From the NCBI GenBank assembly GCA_951406725.2, contig OX597823.1, positions 85,126,001 through 85,190,000 on the forward strand: DNA of 64,000 nucleotides, in the 5' to 3' direction. Of this stretch, positions 1 to 11,142 are shown piece after piece (position 1 is the stretch's first letter; each line of letters starts with the position of its first letter). The DNA comes from Octopus vulgaris (taxonomy: Eukaryota). The notes under the pieces are model-generated. The model did not search any database. It was not told the origin of the DNA and worked only from the letters and a program-made list of their open reading frames with translations. Made by a program: the position numbers and the translations under genes.

Positions 1-340
1 AAAGATGGCACGTGTGAATGACGGAACCACCTTCAGCATAATCCTATAAACCGAAAAAAAGAAAAGAAAGTTTTTTGTTTTGTTTGACACTATTGCCTAA
101 GGTTCCCGTGGTCTTTTCCATAGGCTTTTCTTTCCATGGATAAACCTGATATGTTTTCCCTTTTACATTGACATTTCTGCGATATACGATCCCTATTCAT
201 CGGCCCCCTCCTTTTTTTTTTTTTCCTTTTGATCGGAATTCGACCCACTTTTTTTTCTTCTCTGCTTCTTCCCAAAAAGAAAAGCTCTACTTTGTATTTT
301 GTTCCCTCTGTGTTCAGTCCTATCTGGCCAATAAAGAAAC
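1..340 (+). mobile_element. Probable 3' end of an L1/Tx1-type LINE (last ORF2 codons plus T-rich 3' UTR)
   Basis: Frame 2 reads KMARVNDGTTFSIIL* (stop at 47-49). A T-rich UTR follows, ending tgtgttcagtcctatctggccAATAAAgaaa. A similar tail motif recurs in the SINE-B linkers and at the end of the 1310-3572 element. Clade assignment is inference. Confidence 0.5.
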
Positions 341-360
341 ATATCTCCCCATTTGTCTGT

Positions 361-362
361 CC

Positions 363-442
<80 letters not shown>

Positions 443-472
443 ATCTATCTATCTATCTATCTATCTACCTAC

Positions 473-557
<85 letters not shown>

Positions 558-600
558 CATCTATCTATGTATTTATATATTTATCTATCAACTAACACAT
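361..600. repeat. Compound tetranucleotide microsatellite (TCTA)n(TCTT)n(TCTA)n(TCTG)n
   Basis: Directly visible; explains ORFs 168..602, 229..642 and 353..595. Confidence 0.95.
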
Positions 601-641
601 AGACAAACGCACAAACACACACATACGCATGCATGCGTATA

Positions 642-1045
642 GGTGCAGGCGTAACTATGTGCTAAGAAGTTTGCTTCACAACCACGTGGTTTCAGGTTCA
701 TTCCCACTGCGTGGAACCATGAAAAGTGTCTGCTACTATATCCTTGGCTCGTTAAACAGTAGCTGAAAGAAGCCCGCTATATGTATATATATTTGTGTGT
801 ATGTGTGTGAGTGCGTTTGTGTGTGTTTGTGTATATGTGTTTGTTTATATGTTTATTCCCCAGCAGCATTTGACAACAGGTTTTGTTGTATTTACGTTCC
901 CGTAACTATGCGGTTCAGAAAAAGAAATGACAGAGTAAATACCTGTTTTTACGAAAACTTAACACTGGTTTTTACAAAAAAAAGTACTAAGATGCCCAAG
1001 TATGGCCGCAGTTAGATGACTGAGACTAGTAAAAGATAAAAGATA
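642..1045 (+). mobile_element. tRNA-derived SINE family A, diverged copy
   Basis: Head with A-box/B-box-like motifs (ggtttcaggttcattcccactgcgtgg), internal TA/TG microsatellite and 3' catggccgcagt...gactga..agtaaaaga tail shared with more than 8 other copies. Confidence 0.85.
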
Positions 1046-1309
1046 CATTTATCATTAAGTTGAATGATCACACAATAGTTTAATTTTCTCAAGGAATAGT
1101 GTGACATCTTGATGAGTGGTAATAAGCCGGAACGCGGTAGTCAGGATCAAGCATTTTCCTGTTGTAGTTATGTTATATATATATTCAAACTTATATTCAT
1201 ACAAAGATATATATTATATATTGTATAATACTCTATTGAATTATAACATCTCATATTATTATTACATTAGGCGTAGGAGTGGCTGTGTGGTTAGTAGCTT
1301 GCTTACCAA

Positions 1310-3572
1310 GTAGCCTGCATACTTCCCATAAGTCTTTGTTGTCAGTGTGCGCATGTGTCAGTGTGTTGTGCACTGAGGAAGAGGGCCAGCAGTGTTTAGC
1401 CTGCCAAAAGAAGCTGCTGCTTGATAAGGCTTTTCTCTTGGACCCAGTGAGGGTCGTTGTCTGTGCTTATATATTTTACAAACAGGGAATCCTCACTGGG
1501 TTCGGGATGTTTGTCTGCTTGCGGTTCAGCAACATGGACCATAGTAAATTAATTTTTTTTTCTCATTGTGAGAAGTACATGGTGGGCGTATCCTTTAACC
1601 AAAAATTGTTCACTTTTTAACAGTGTATGTTTTACAACATTTACCATTATTGAAAAATTGTATTTCAAGTGTTCAGATGAAGTGAAATTTTTTTCTCATT
1701 GCTAGAAATATAGTTTGGTGACATTTACTACTACCAAAAGTCGTTCGCTGTTTGTGAATAGTGTGCATTTTACAACTACGTTGGAAAGCTGTATTCAACT
1801 GGAGCAGTCCAGGTTCTAATTGGAGTACCATAAGGGCTTGGAGTACCTGAATGCCCAGAATATTTTTGCTGTGTTTGTTTTTAACTATTGTTTTCTTCTT
1901 CTATCGTGACTTTTTATTGAACTGTTTGCTTTATTTTTCTTCTTCCTCTTTGCTTTCTTTTGAATTCTCTATCTCCTTTTTTGTGAAATATTGTTCTGGA
2001 ATTTTTGATTTTTTAAAATTTAAAACAAGGCAAAAAAAATACGGATAAGATTATAGAGTGGGAGATTGTCCCACCTAAGGAGTGGCTCAGACTCCAAGAA
2101 GAGAAGACGGTGGTGTTGAGAGCGCATTCGAAGGTTCTCGATACCATTGTCGTCTTCTCCAAGGAGATGATTGAGCAGGAGTTGGTAGAACATCTGCCAA
2201 CCATTAAGTCTATCTCTAAGGGAGTCAAACATACAACGGTATGTTTGCTGTTTGACACCACAGAGGAGGCTCGCAGTTTTGGGAGCCAGCCCGTTGAGGG
2301 TAAAGAACTTTTGTTTCTTCCCACTTATTGTGGGAAAAATTGACGAGGGCCTGGGTCTGTGGTTTCCCACCAGAAATTGAATCCGGATTGACAGAGGATA
2401 CTATCCGTCGGGGTCTGGGTGGCTGCGGAGCCAGGCTCCTCAATGTGAAAATTCTTCCTGCGGCTGATTAGGTCGGGTTAAAAGCTGTTTTGATCCTGTG
2501 GACCCAATTAGCGATGAATATGGTTATGCCAGATGTTATGAAAATAGCTGGGTGCAGGTACCCCGTGATTCTTGAGGGTCGCCTCCCCCCAGGTATCATC
2601 GGTGTCTGGAGCCTGGCCATATAAAGAACTGTCCTCGGGAGCAAGGCGGAGTCCTGGAGCACTCAATTGAGACCTCTGTGAAAGAGGGATCGAAGGCGGC
2701 TGAGGAGACGGAGGACTCCTCAGAGAAGGGCCGCAAGAGGAAGAAGGTGAGCAACCATGGGTGCTCACCGAAGGATCCTGGGGATGAGGAAGGGAGGTGA
2801 TTCTACCGGTCACGGAGGAGACGCACCCTCCCTCAGTTGAGAGGGAAAAAATGAGGAAATGAAGGAGAAACGGGACATTGCCAGCAGCATTGGAGTGTCC
2901 CGGTACGTCGTCGGTGGAGGTTGTGCCACCGGCAGGGGAAGAGACAACGTTGGAGGACCTGTGCCGCCAACAGTAGAATAGACTACCTCGAACCCGGAGG
3001 AAGAGGCGGAGAGGTAGAAGAGGTGGTGGAAGGTCACCATAATGGAGTACCTTTAGCCTTCACACAGGATCCAGAATGGCCTCCGCAGATAGCTGTGGAG
3101 GTCATAACGGTGTCTGTCGGGTTAGGCTGCGAGAACTCAATGAGGAATATCAATTGTGGCCGGGCGTCGCCGTCTCGGATCCCGCCTTGGTGTTAAATGA
3201 GGCGTGGGGAAGTGTAGAGTATACGGGCACAAGGGATGATGAGGAGGAATAATGACATGATGTTGAAAAGGCTCAGTGTTACAATGTTTAATGTTTCTTG
3301 CATGTTACTTTTTTAAGAGGCTTAATACCCCAATTCTTAAATGGACTACTAGTCCAAAATTTTGTAAAACTGAAGAAGTTCATTACCTCATTTTGTAATT
3401 TTCTGTCGAAAAAAGAAGAGAATAATGTTTTAGAGAAGCAGAAAATCGGCGGGCGTTTTTTGTCTTCTCCCATTAATATCATTCTTATCATCATTCACCT
3501 CATCAATGTCTTTGTCTAGCGCGCAAGCTACTGTGTATGAAGCCTTTATGGCAAAATGTTTGAAAAAAGCAC
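1310..3572 (+). mobile_element. Non-autonomous ORF1-only non-LTR retroelement (L1/Tx1-like) with 12-bp TSD
   Basis: Perfect TSD cttgcttaccaa at 1298-1309 and 3573-3584; about 730-bp 5' UTR; disrupted gag-like ORF1 with zinc knuckle; no RT; A-rich end after tgtgtatgaagcctttatggcaaaa. Confidence 0.8.
2041..2640 (+). pseudogene. Disrupted ORF1 (gag-like nucleic-acid-binding protein with CCHC-type zinc knuckle)
   Basis: Joining frames gives (M>T)DKIIEWEIVPPKEWLRLQEEKTVVLRAHSK...LPTYCGK/LTRAWVCGFPPEI...YPVILEGRLP/RYHRCLEPGHIKNCP. There are two frameshifts and one stop; the knuckle CxxCxxxGHxxxxC is degenerate (first C reads Y). Confidence 0.7.
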
Positions 3573-3720
3573 CTTGCTTACCAACCACATGGTTCTGGGT
3601 TCAGTTCCACTGCGTGGCAACTTGGGTAAGTGTTTTCTACTATAGCCTCGGGCTGACCAGAACCTTGTGAGTGAATCTGGTAGAGGAAACTGAAAGAAGC
3701 TCGTCGTATACATACATACA

Positions 3721-3760
<40 letters not shown>

Positions 3761-4019
3761 TATATATATGTATATATGTACGTGTGTGTATATGTTTGTG
3801 TGTCTGTGTTTGTCCCCCAATATTACTTGACAACCGATGCTGGTGTGTTTATGTGCCCGTAACTTAGCGGTTCAGTAAAAGACACCGATAGAATAAGTAC
3901 TAGGCTTACAAAGAATAAGTACTGGGTCCATTTTTCTCGACTAAAGGTGGTGCTCCAGCATGGCCACAGTCAAATGACTGAAACAAGTAAAAGAGTAAAA
4001 GAGGAATAGCATTAGGGCT

Positions 4020-4225
4020 GCGAACAGCAGAACTGTTTGCACGCCAGGCAAAATGCTTAGTGGCATTTCCTCCGCCCGTACGCTCTGGGTTCAAATTCCG
4101 CCGAGGTCGACTTCGCCTTTCATTCTTCCGGAGTCGATAAATTAAGTACCAGTCAAATATTGGCGTCGATGTGACCGACCATTCCACTTCCCTCATATTC
4201 CAGGCAATGTTCTTATATTATAAAT
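4020..4225 (+). mobile_element. tRNA-derived SINE family B monomer
   Basis: gggttcaaattccgccgaggtcgacttcgcctttcattcttccggagtcgataaattaagtaccag matches the 56785 copy. Confidence 0.85.
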
Positions 4226-4252
4226 GATTATTATTATCATCATTGTTATTAT

Positions 4253-4600
4253 TAAGAAGCTTGCTTCCAAACCACATGGTTCCGGGTTCAGTCCCACTGC
4301 GTGGCACCTTGAGCACTGTAGCTTCGAGCGACCAAGTCGAGTGGATTTGATAGACGAAAACTAAAAGGAGCCTTTCATAACTATACATTCTATATATATA
4401 TATATCCTGGGGATGAGGAAGGGAGGTGATTCACGGAGGAGACGCACCCTCCCTCAGTTGAGAGGGAAAAAATGAGGAAATGGAGGAGAAACGGGACATT
4501 TGTCGTTTTCTGTGGAAAAAAAGAAGAGAATAATGTGCGTGTCTATGTGTCTGTGTTGGTGTGTTTATTTCCTGGTAACTTAACTGTTTGGCAAAAGAGA

Positions 4601-4607
<7 letters not shown>
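4253..4607 (+). mobile_element. Decayed SINE-A containing a 133-bp templated insert (4404-4536)
   Basis: aagaagcttgcttccaaaccacatggttccgggttcagtcccactgcgtggcacc head; the insert matches 2775-2879 joined to 3389-3428. Confidence 0.8.
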
Positions 4608-4656
<49 letters not shown>

Positions 4657-4679
4657 AAAGTTGGTTTATTCGCAATTCA

Positions 4680-5038
4680 CAACCGAAGGCAGAAGTATCG
4701 ATCCCGGTATTCAGCTGCTACTTATTTTATTGACTCCGAAAGGATGAAAGGCAAAGTCGACCTCGGCGGAATTTTAACTCAGAATGTAAAGAAGGACGAA
4801 ATACCTATTTCTTTACTACCCAGAAGGGGCTAAACACAGAGAGGAAAAACAAGAGCAGACAAACGGATTAAGTCGATTATATCGACCCCAGTGCGTAACT
4901 GGTACTTATTTAATCGACGCCGAATGGATGAAAGGCAAAGTCGACCTCGGCGGAATTTGAACTCAGAACGTAACGGCAGACGAAATACTGCCAAGTATTT
5001 TCCCCGGCATGCTAACGATTTAACCAGTTTGCCACCTT
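4680..5038 (-). mobile_element. SINE-B dimer with internal Tx1-like linker
   Basis: Two copies of ggatgaaaggcaaagtcgacctcggcggaattt (about 4742 and 4926) separated by atacctatttctttactacccagaaggggctaaacacaga. Confidence 0.85.
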
Positions 5039-5059
5039 AGTGTGCAGATAAATGTTAAA

Positions 5060-5520
5060 GAATAATAGTTCATGCCAAAATATAATCTAAAAATGTATAT
5101 TCTCATTAACGTCTCAGATATATCATAATGATGCATTTCACGTTTCCAAAATCAAGATCGCTTATAAATATAGATTAAGTTTATTAGATTAACATTATCC
5201 GTTTTCTATTGATATCATTCATTCAGATTATTGTTACTAAAATGTATTGCTACTTCTTGCTCTATTTTACTCCCTTAATAAATTTTACTTTAATTCCATT
5301 GTCAGCATTTTCTGGCAAAAATAATCAATGTTATAAATTAATTGTCTAATACCATATTCGATATTTTTAACCATGTTTCTTCATAAAAAGAAAAGAAAAG
5401 AAAAGAAAAATTATATTCTTTTCACTGTGGAGAATAGGCTAAAAACGGCTTTCTATACATTACAATGTTGTCCACCCAGATTATAACAAATATTAAGATC
5501 TGCAAATGACGTATTTTCTT
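5060..5520. repeat. Left arm of an old diverged inverted repeat (partner 9680-10145)
   Basis: Perfect 21-bp inverted match attaagatctgcaaatgacgt (5492-5512 vs 9684-9704) plus colinear weaker blocks: gtccaccc; gatattttt/caacca; attcagattattgtt. Confidence 0.7.
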
Positions 5521-5799
5521 TTTAGAAAACAGAGATGTCTTTTGAACCTAAATTAGTTTCATTTGTATTATATTTTGCCATCTCCTATTCTGTTTACATC
5601 AAGCTATTATTCTGCTTATTGCTGAGGCAATACTGTCTGTATATATTTGTATATCACTCCCTGCGTTCTTATGCATTTTCCTTTGTCTCTTAATAAAGAA
5701 GTGCATTTTCTTTAAATTGTGGATTGCTTCTTTCATTGTATTCGTACAAGCTATTCAAAAGCATTTATTTAGTATCCCGTTGTATGTTTTCGCCGAGCA

Positions 5800-5809
5800 A
5801 TTATTATTA

Positions 5810-5882
<73 letters not shown>

Positions 5883-5890
5883 CGTTATTA
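5800..5890. repeat. (TTA)n microsatellite
   Basis: Directly visible. Confidence 0.95.
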
Positions 5891-6369
5891 TTTTATTCAT
5901 TTATTCATTTTTATTTTATTCTTTGTTTGGCATTCGTTCACTCCTGTCATTTGCCTTCTTGCATTGTGACCAGTACTTATTTGTCTTTTAGCAAAGGTTC
6001 TAATGCGCTGAGAGCTAATACTTGACAAATATACAGCTGAGGATGACATGAGGGCCGAAGGATTGGAAATAATTTCTATGATAGCTAAAAGTGTCCTAAA
6101 GACGTTGTGTTTTGTTATTCTGTTTATAAGGAGTGATATAACTTAACAAGTGAATACAATTAGCTATGAGATGGCGCGCGTGTGGCGAACAATAAACGTG
6201 ACTCAACAAAGTCAAAACAACATAAAATTCGAAGCTAAAATGTTTACGCGAACAATACAATTATATAAAATATGTATCATTGTAAATAAATTGATATACT
6301 TAGGTGACAAACGCAAGGTTTAAGAACTTAATGATTACAAACAGACACACAGACACACACACGCTTCTT

Positions 6370-6431
<62 letters not shown>

Positions 6432-6440
6432 TATATATAT

Positions 6441-6793
6441 CGAAGAAGAAGAAAAGAGACAAGATACAAACAAAGCAGACAATGAGGCAAATTTTAATGA
6501 AACGTTTATATTTCAGGCGCAAAGGCCCATCTTCAGGACAAAAAAAAACCCACCCCGAGAATAAGTCCATTTATACACCATTTATACCCATTCAAATTTC
6601 CTAGCGTCGAATGGATTAGAGGAATCTGTGTAACTAGACTTTACTCAGACTGTTCTTCTCTTCTGAAGATGGACCTTTGCGCCTGAAATAGAAAGGTTTT
6701 TGAAACTTACTGCATTGTCAGAAACTTTTTTATTGTCTCTCTTTTTACATCCATCGATATTACAATGCTTCAAGCGCACTACAATTCTGTCCG

Positions 6794-6800
<7 letters not shown>
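6441..6800. mobile_element. Small foldback Penelope-like fragment with hammerhead-like cores in both arms
   Basis: tttcaggcgcaaaggcccatcttcag (6511-6536) is inverted to ctgaagatggacctttgcgcctgaaa (6663-6688), i.e. CUGAAGA-stemII-GAAA; flanked by (TA)n on both sides. Confidence 0.6.
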
Positions 6801-6836
<36 letters not shown>

Positions 6837-6848
6837 TCAGAGAGAGAG

Positions 6849-6916
<68 letters not shown>

Positions 6917-7199
6917 CACACTCATGCATAAATAGATTCTGGCAGGTGAACGGAATATGAAAGAAACTATTTACACATGGAAATAGATTTATTTTCAAGT
7001 ATTCAATAACAGTTTCACGCGTCTCCACATTATCCAACATTTTGTACGAGGGATGAGCCGCTAAAGAAGTAGATCCAAAGAATACACAAATACACAGACA
7101 CACACACGCATATGCACACAACCATATACATACACGTATGCACACATACATACATACACACACACATATATTCGTATCATGTATTGAAGCCATCTTCTT

Positions 7200-7676
7200 C
7201 TTCAAATTGTAGCTTTTATGGTCAGGTCATCTCTCATGTATGTGTGTTATCAGAATTCCGAAGCAACTTCTCTTTAGCTAATTCCTAACGGGTAAGACAG
7301 TTTGAAGGCCGCTCTTGCGCTTCGAAGACAAACTTAAAAACAATCTGCAGTGATGCAACATTCCCTTTTCTTCTTGGGAATACAAAGCGTCTGAACGCAG
7401 GAGTCCTGCTTCTCTTCAGTTCGAAGGTTTGACCAAAGTTGACTCCTACATAGGTATCAACTTCGTGAAAGCATGGATACGCGCTGGTAAAGCGCTAAAT
7501 GGGAACCAAATCTGTCACTGTTGTTTTGTGGCACAAAGCAAAGCAGGCCTTGCCGTCCACTCAAGAAAGAATATAGTAAATGATCCACAAGCACTAAAGC
7601 AAACTGAATACTGAACTTGTTCTCTTTGCCAAAAGGTTTGCTAGGCACCAACAGGTCTCAAGAGACCCGTTCATGC

Positions 7677-7680
<4 letters not shown>
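7200..7680 (+). mobile_element. Decayed RTE-clade LINE 3' fragment
   Basis: Translates with stops to WSGHLSCM..IRIPKQLLF / RPLLRFEDKLKNNLQ*CNIPFSSWE / CHCCFVAQSKAGLAVH / CSLCQKVC*APTGLKR. These match the RTE post-RT motifs WxGHxxRMxxxRxPK and GRPxxRxxD...WE plus C-terminal C2H2-like fingers. Confidence 0.7.
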
Positions 7681-7736
<56 letters not shown>

Positions 7737-7739
<3 letters not shown>

Positions 7740-7940
7740 GCCATTTTGTTTAGGACACGTATGATTAGCTACACAGGAACATGTATCATCAAAATGAAGC
7801 TGGTCCTCTGTGAATCACATCCCTACTTCTCAACATAGTCATCGTATCTCTCAACAGCAATGTTCCACCTTTGAATGAGAGCATATATCATTACCCCGTA
7901 AAATTCTGTTGACTGTTCTTTGAACCACTTCTTTGCGGCG
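7737..7940 (-). mobile_element. Mariner transposon 3' fragment
   Basis: KKWFKEQSTEFYGVMIYALIQRWNIAVERYDDYVEK* resembles the mariner C-terminus (F..GI..L..RW...I...G.Y.E). Confidence 0.7.
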
Positions 7941-7944
7941 AGAA

Positions 7945-8520
7945 TGTTACTCGTGGTACTTGACGAGTACATTATCTTATCGATGCCAGATGGATCTGGC
8001 AGTTGACTATGGAGGAATTTGAACTCAGAATGTAAAGAGCCGGAGAAAATTCCTCTAAGCATTTTGTCCAATATTGTAAAGGTTCAGTCAGCACGCTACA
8101 TTCTGTCCTAAATTTAGTAATAATAATAACAATAACAATTCATTCTACCATAGGCGCAAGGCGTGCAATTTTGTAGGAGGTGACAATGTAAATTACGTAC
8201 TCAAATGGTACTTATTTTATCGAGCCCAAAATGCTCAAATGCAAATTTGACATTAGTGGGATTTGAACTCAGATTGTAATGATGCAAAAGAAATGTGGTA
8301 AAGCTAGTCCGATACCCTAATGGTTCAATCGGTTCGCTTCATATAAAGGAATATTTATTTCTCATTTTTAGCACAGCACAAAGCCAGCAATTTTGAGATC
8401 ACTCGCCCTCAGTGTGCAACTAGTACTTGTTTTATCGAGCCTGAAACGCGGAAATGCCCAGTGGACCAAAGCAGTGTTAGATTTCACAAGGTAGCACCGT
8501 AAGAAAGGCCGGTAAGTATT
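7945..8520 (-). mobile_element. Cluster of three decayed SINE-B copies
   Basis: Repeated gtacttattttatcga...gaatttgaactcagaatgtaa...aagcattttg motifs. Confidence 0.65.
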
Positions 8521-9439
8521 TTGTATGCATAGATAAATAACATATAGTGGTTATAACTGATAATAAAATGAATGCGATATTAGAATAGGAAAAATTTAAC
8601 GAGATATTTTAACTATTTTGTATTCCAAAAGCTGCACCCGCGGAGTTTTCTTTTTATGCTGCAGAACAAGGAGCCAGGGAAATGATATGTCATTTGAGTT
8701 ATAAATAAGAATTACAAAATACATCCTTTTCTGTCTAATTCGTAATTTTGCACCGCTTCCGTATCAAGAAAGTAAGACAAAATATCGATTATACGTACTT
8801 TGATGTTACATGTTATAACTTTATTAAGATATTCATATTTTTGTTTCCGTATTATTTGTAGTCAGTGACCGAAACATATCACTCCTTTGAAATGAAATAA
8901 CGAAGGACGACCTTCTAAATATAGTTTCAATTGTTACAAAAATTACCTCGGATCTTTCAGTCAAATATGCCAAACTCCGTTGCGCATGTGTCAACCGATC
9001 GCTTTATTTGCATGAGAATGAAGGAAAATTAAGCACGGTTTTATTAGGAAAGAAAAAAATACTAAAGAGACAAGTATAAATGTTTATCAAAGTGAATGCA
9101 TGATATAGAAAAGGAAAACAAAATGATGAAATGACATGAATAATTCTGTTGATTGTTTGCTATTAAAAAGCTAGTAGATGATAATAAAGACTCAATCGTT
9201 AATATGAACATCAATATAGTTTGCTAATATACAAAGTCAATTACATCGAGGAGCACATTCAAACACACACACAAAAAGAAAAAGAAAAGACAAAAACAAA
9301 ACAAACAAGCTGAGCTGCTTCCGCATAAAACAGAATTTAAAAAGACTGATCAAAAAGAAATAGAAAAGATATAAGATCAGGGAATGTAATTTTTTGGTTC
9401 AAAATACATTTGTGTTTGTTATACAAAAAAAAAAAAAAA

Positions 9440-9506
9440 TAATAATAATAATAATAATAATAATGATAATAATAATGATAATAATGATAATGATAATAAT
9501 AATAAC

Positions 9507-9562
<56 letters not shown>

Positions 9563-9614
9563 TAATAATAATAACAACAATAATAATAATAACAACAACA
9601 ACAACAACAACAAC

Positions 9615-9663
<49 letters not shown>
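9440..9663. repeat. (AAT)n/(AAC)n microsatellite
   Basis: Directly visible. Confidence 0.95.
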
Positions 9664-9666
<3 letters not shown>

Positions 9667-9679
9667 GGAGAAAAATGGT

Positions 9680-10145
9680 AAAGACGTCATTTGCAGATCT
9701 TAATTGCTGTTATATTCAGGGTGGACGTTATTGAATTCTATTGAATTTCCTTGTTTGCTCCAATCTCAATGAGTTGAAGAAAAAAAAAAACATTTTTTTA
9801 TCTTTACTATTTTATTTTCTAAATGTAGAGACGTGGTTGAAAATATCAAATAAGGAATGCTTTTAATTTCTTGTAACGTTAATACATTGCTCTGGCAAAG
9901 CTTGACAAAGACATTAACGTGATTGTGTTTATTATTTAGCGATTTCTTTGCTTAATTAAACAATTTAACAGAAAATTGCAACAATAATCTTAATGAAATT
10001 TTTTAAAAACCAGTAGAAAGAGGAAAATAATGGCCTTAGAATACACAACTATACAGATCCATTAGCTATACATTTAGATGATGAAAATAAGGGATACACC
10101 GCTTTAGGAATGCTGTACAATGAAAATATTCTATTAAATTTAGTT
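9680..10145. repeat. Right arm of old inverted repeat (partner 5060-5520)
   Basis: See partner; acgtcatttgcagatcttaattgctgttatattcagggtggac is the best-conserved block. Confidence 0.7.
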
Positions 10146-10279
10146 TCTTACAGACTCACAAAGCAAGATTCGTATAGGCGAGGATCATAAGCGGTTGAAT
10201 TATGCTACTGATAGTTAGTTTATCGATTCTCGGGAGACTCATTTTTAAAAGAGATACAATTATTGTTTGAAATCACAAA

Positions 10280-10321
<42 letters not shown>

Positions 10322-10428
10322 CGTACTTACGTACGTATATACATACATACATATATATATATATGTAAATATATATATATATATGTACGTACGTTTGTGC
10401 GTTCATTTGTAAAGAAATATGTGTGTGA

Positions 10429-10468
<40 letters not shown>

Positions 10469-10607
10469 GCATATATATATACATACATACATGTGCATAT
10501 CTACGTGTGTGTGCACATGCGTGTATGTGTATATTTATATATGTATGTATATATATACATATATATATATAGATATACATATATACATATATGTATGTGC
10601 TCGTTTG

Positions 10608-10682
<75 letters not shown>

Positions 10683-11078
10683 GTGTGTGTGTGTGTGATA
10701 AATAAAATGAGAAGAAAGCCAGGGCATTTATAAAGAACAAGTTTCTGGGAGGTTCGAGATAACTCTTTATCAGAAGCAATGTGAGATAGTTACATAGAGA
10801 GAGATAGTAGAGTTCAAAATAAGGAGTAAAAATGGAAAGGATGGAAATAAGGTAATAATAGTAAAAAAATGAAATATATGTTGGATGTTATAGTTGCAGT
10901 TCCATTGTCGAAGGAAAGTGGTGTGTAGAAGTGGTAGAAATGCTTCTTGTCCATGGTACGTAAATTCCGATAGTAGTTCATATTTCGTCATTAAAAATGG
11001 AAAGTGTGGAGACGTATATTCCATGTGGTGTTCTTTCAAAGCCTTACCTACCACCTTGGGTTTTCTGGATACAAATAC

Positions 11079-11139
<61 letters not shown>

Positions 11140-11142
<3 letters not shown>

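Larger units (their letters stand above)
1269..4003 (+). mobile_element. SINE-A copy split by a 2.26-kb insertion (head 1269-1309, remainder 3573-4003)
   Basis: ggcgtaggagtggctgtgtggttagtagcttgcttaccaa resumes as cttgcttaccaaccacatggttctgggttcagttccactgcgtgg at 3573, colinear with intact copies at 19165 and 20843. Confidence 0.9.

Noticed and set aside
1-70. Minus-strand splice acceptor (tttttttcggtttatag|GATTATGCTGAAGG) suggesting a host exon at 1-43
   Set aside because: Equally explained by a plus-strand LINE ORF2 stop followed by an A-rich stretch, and the downstream UTR and tail fit a LINE. Not excluded without upstream sequence.
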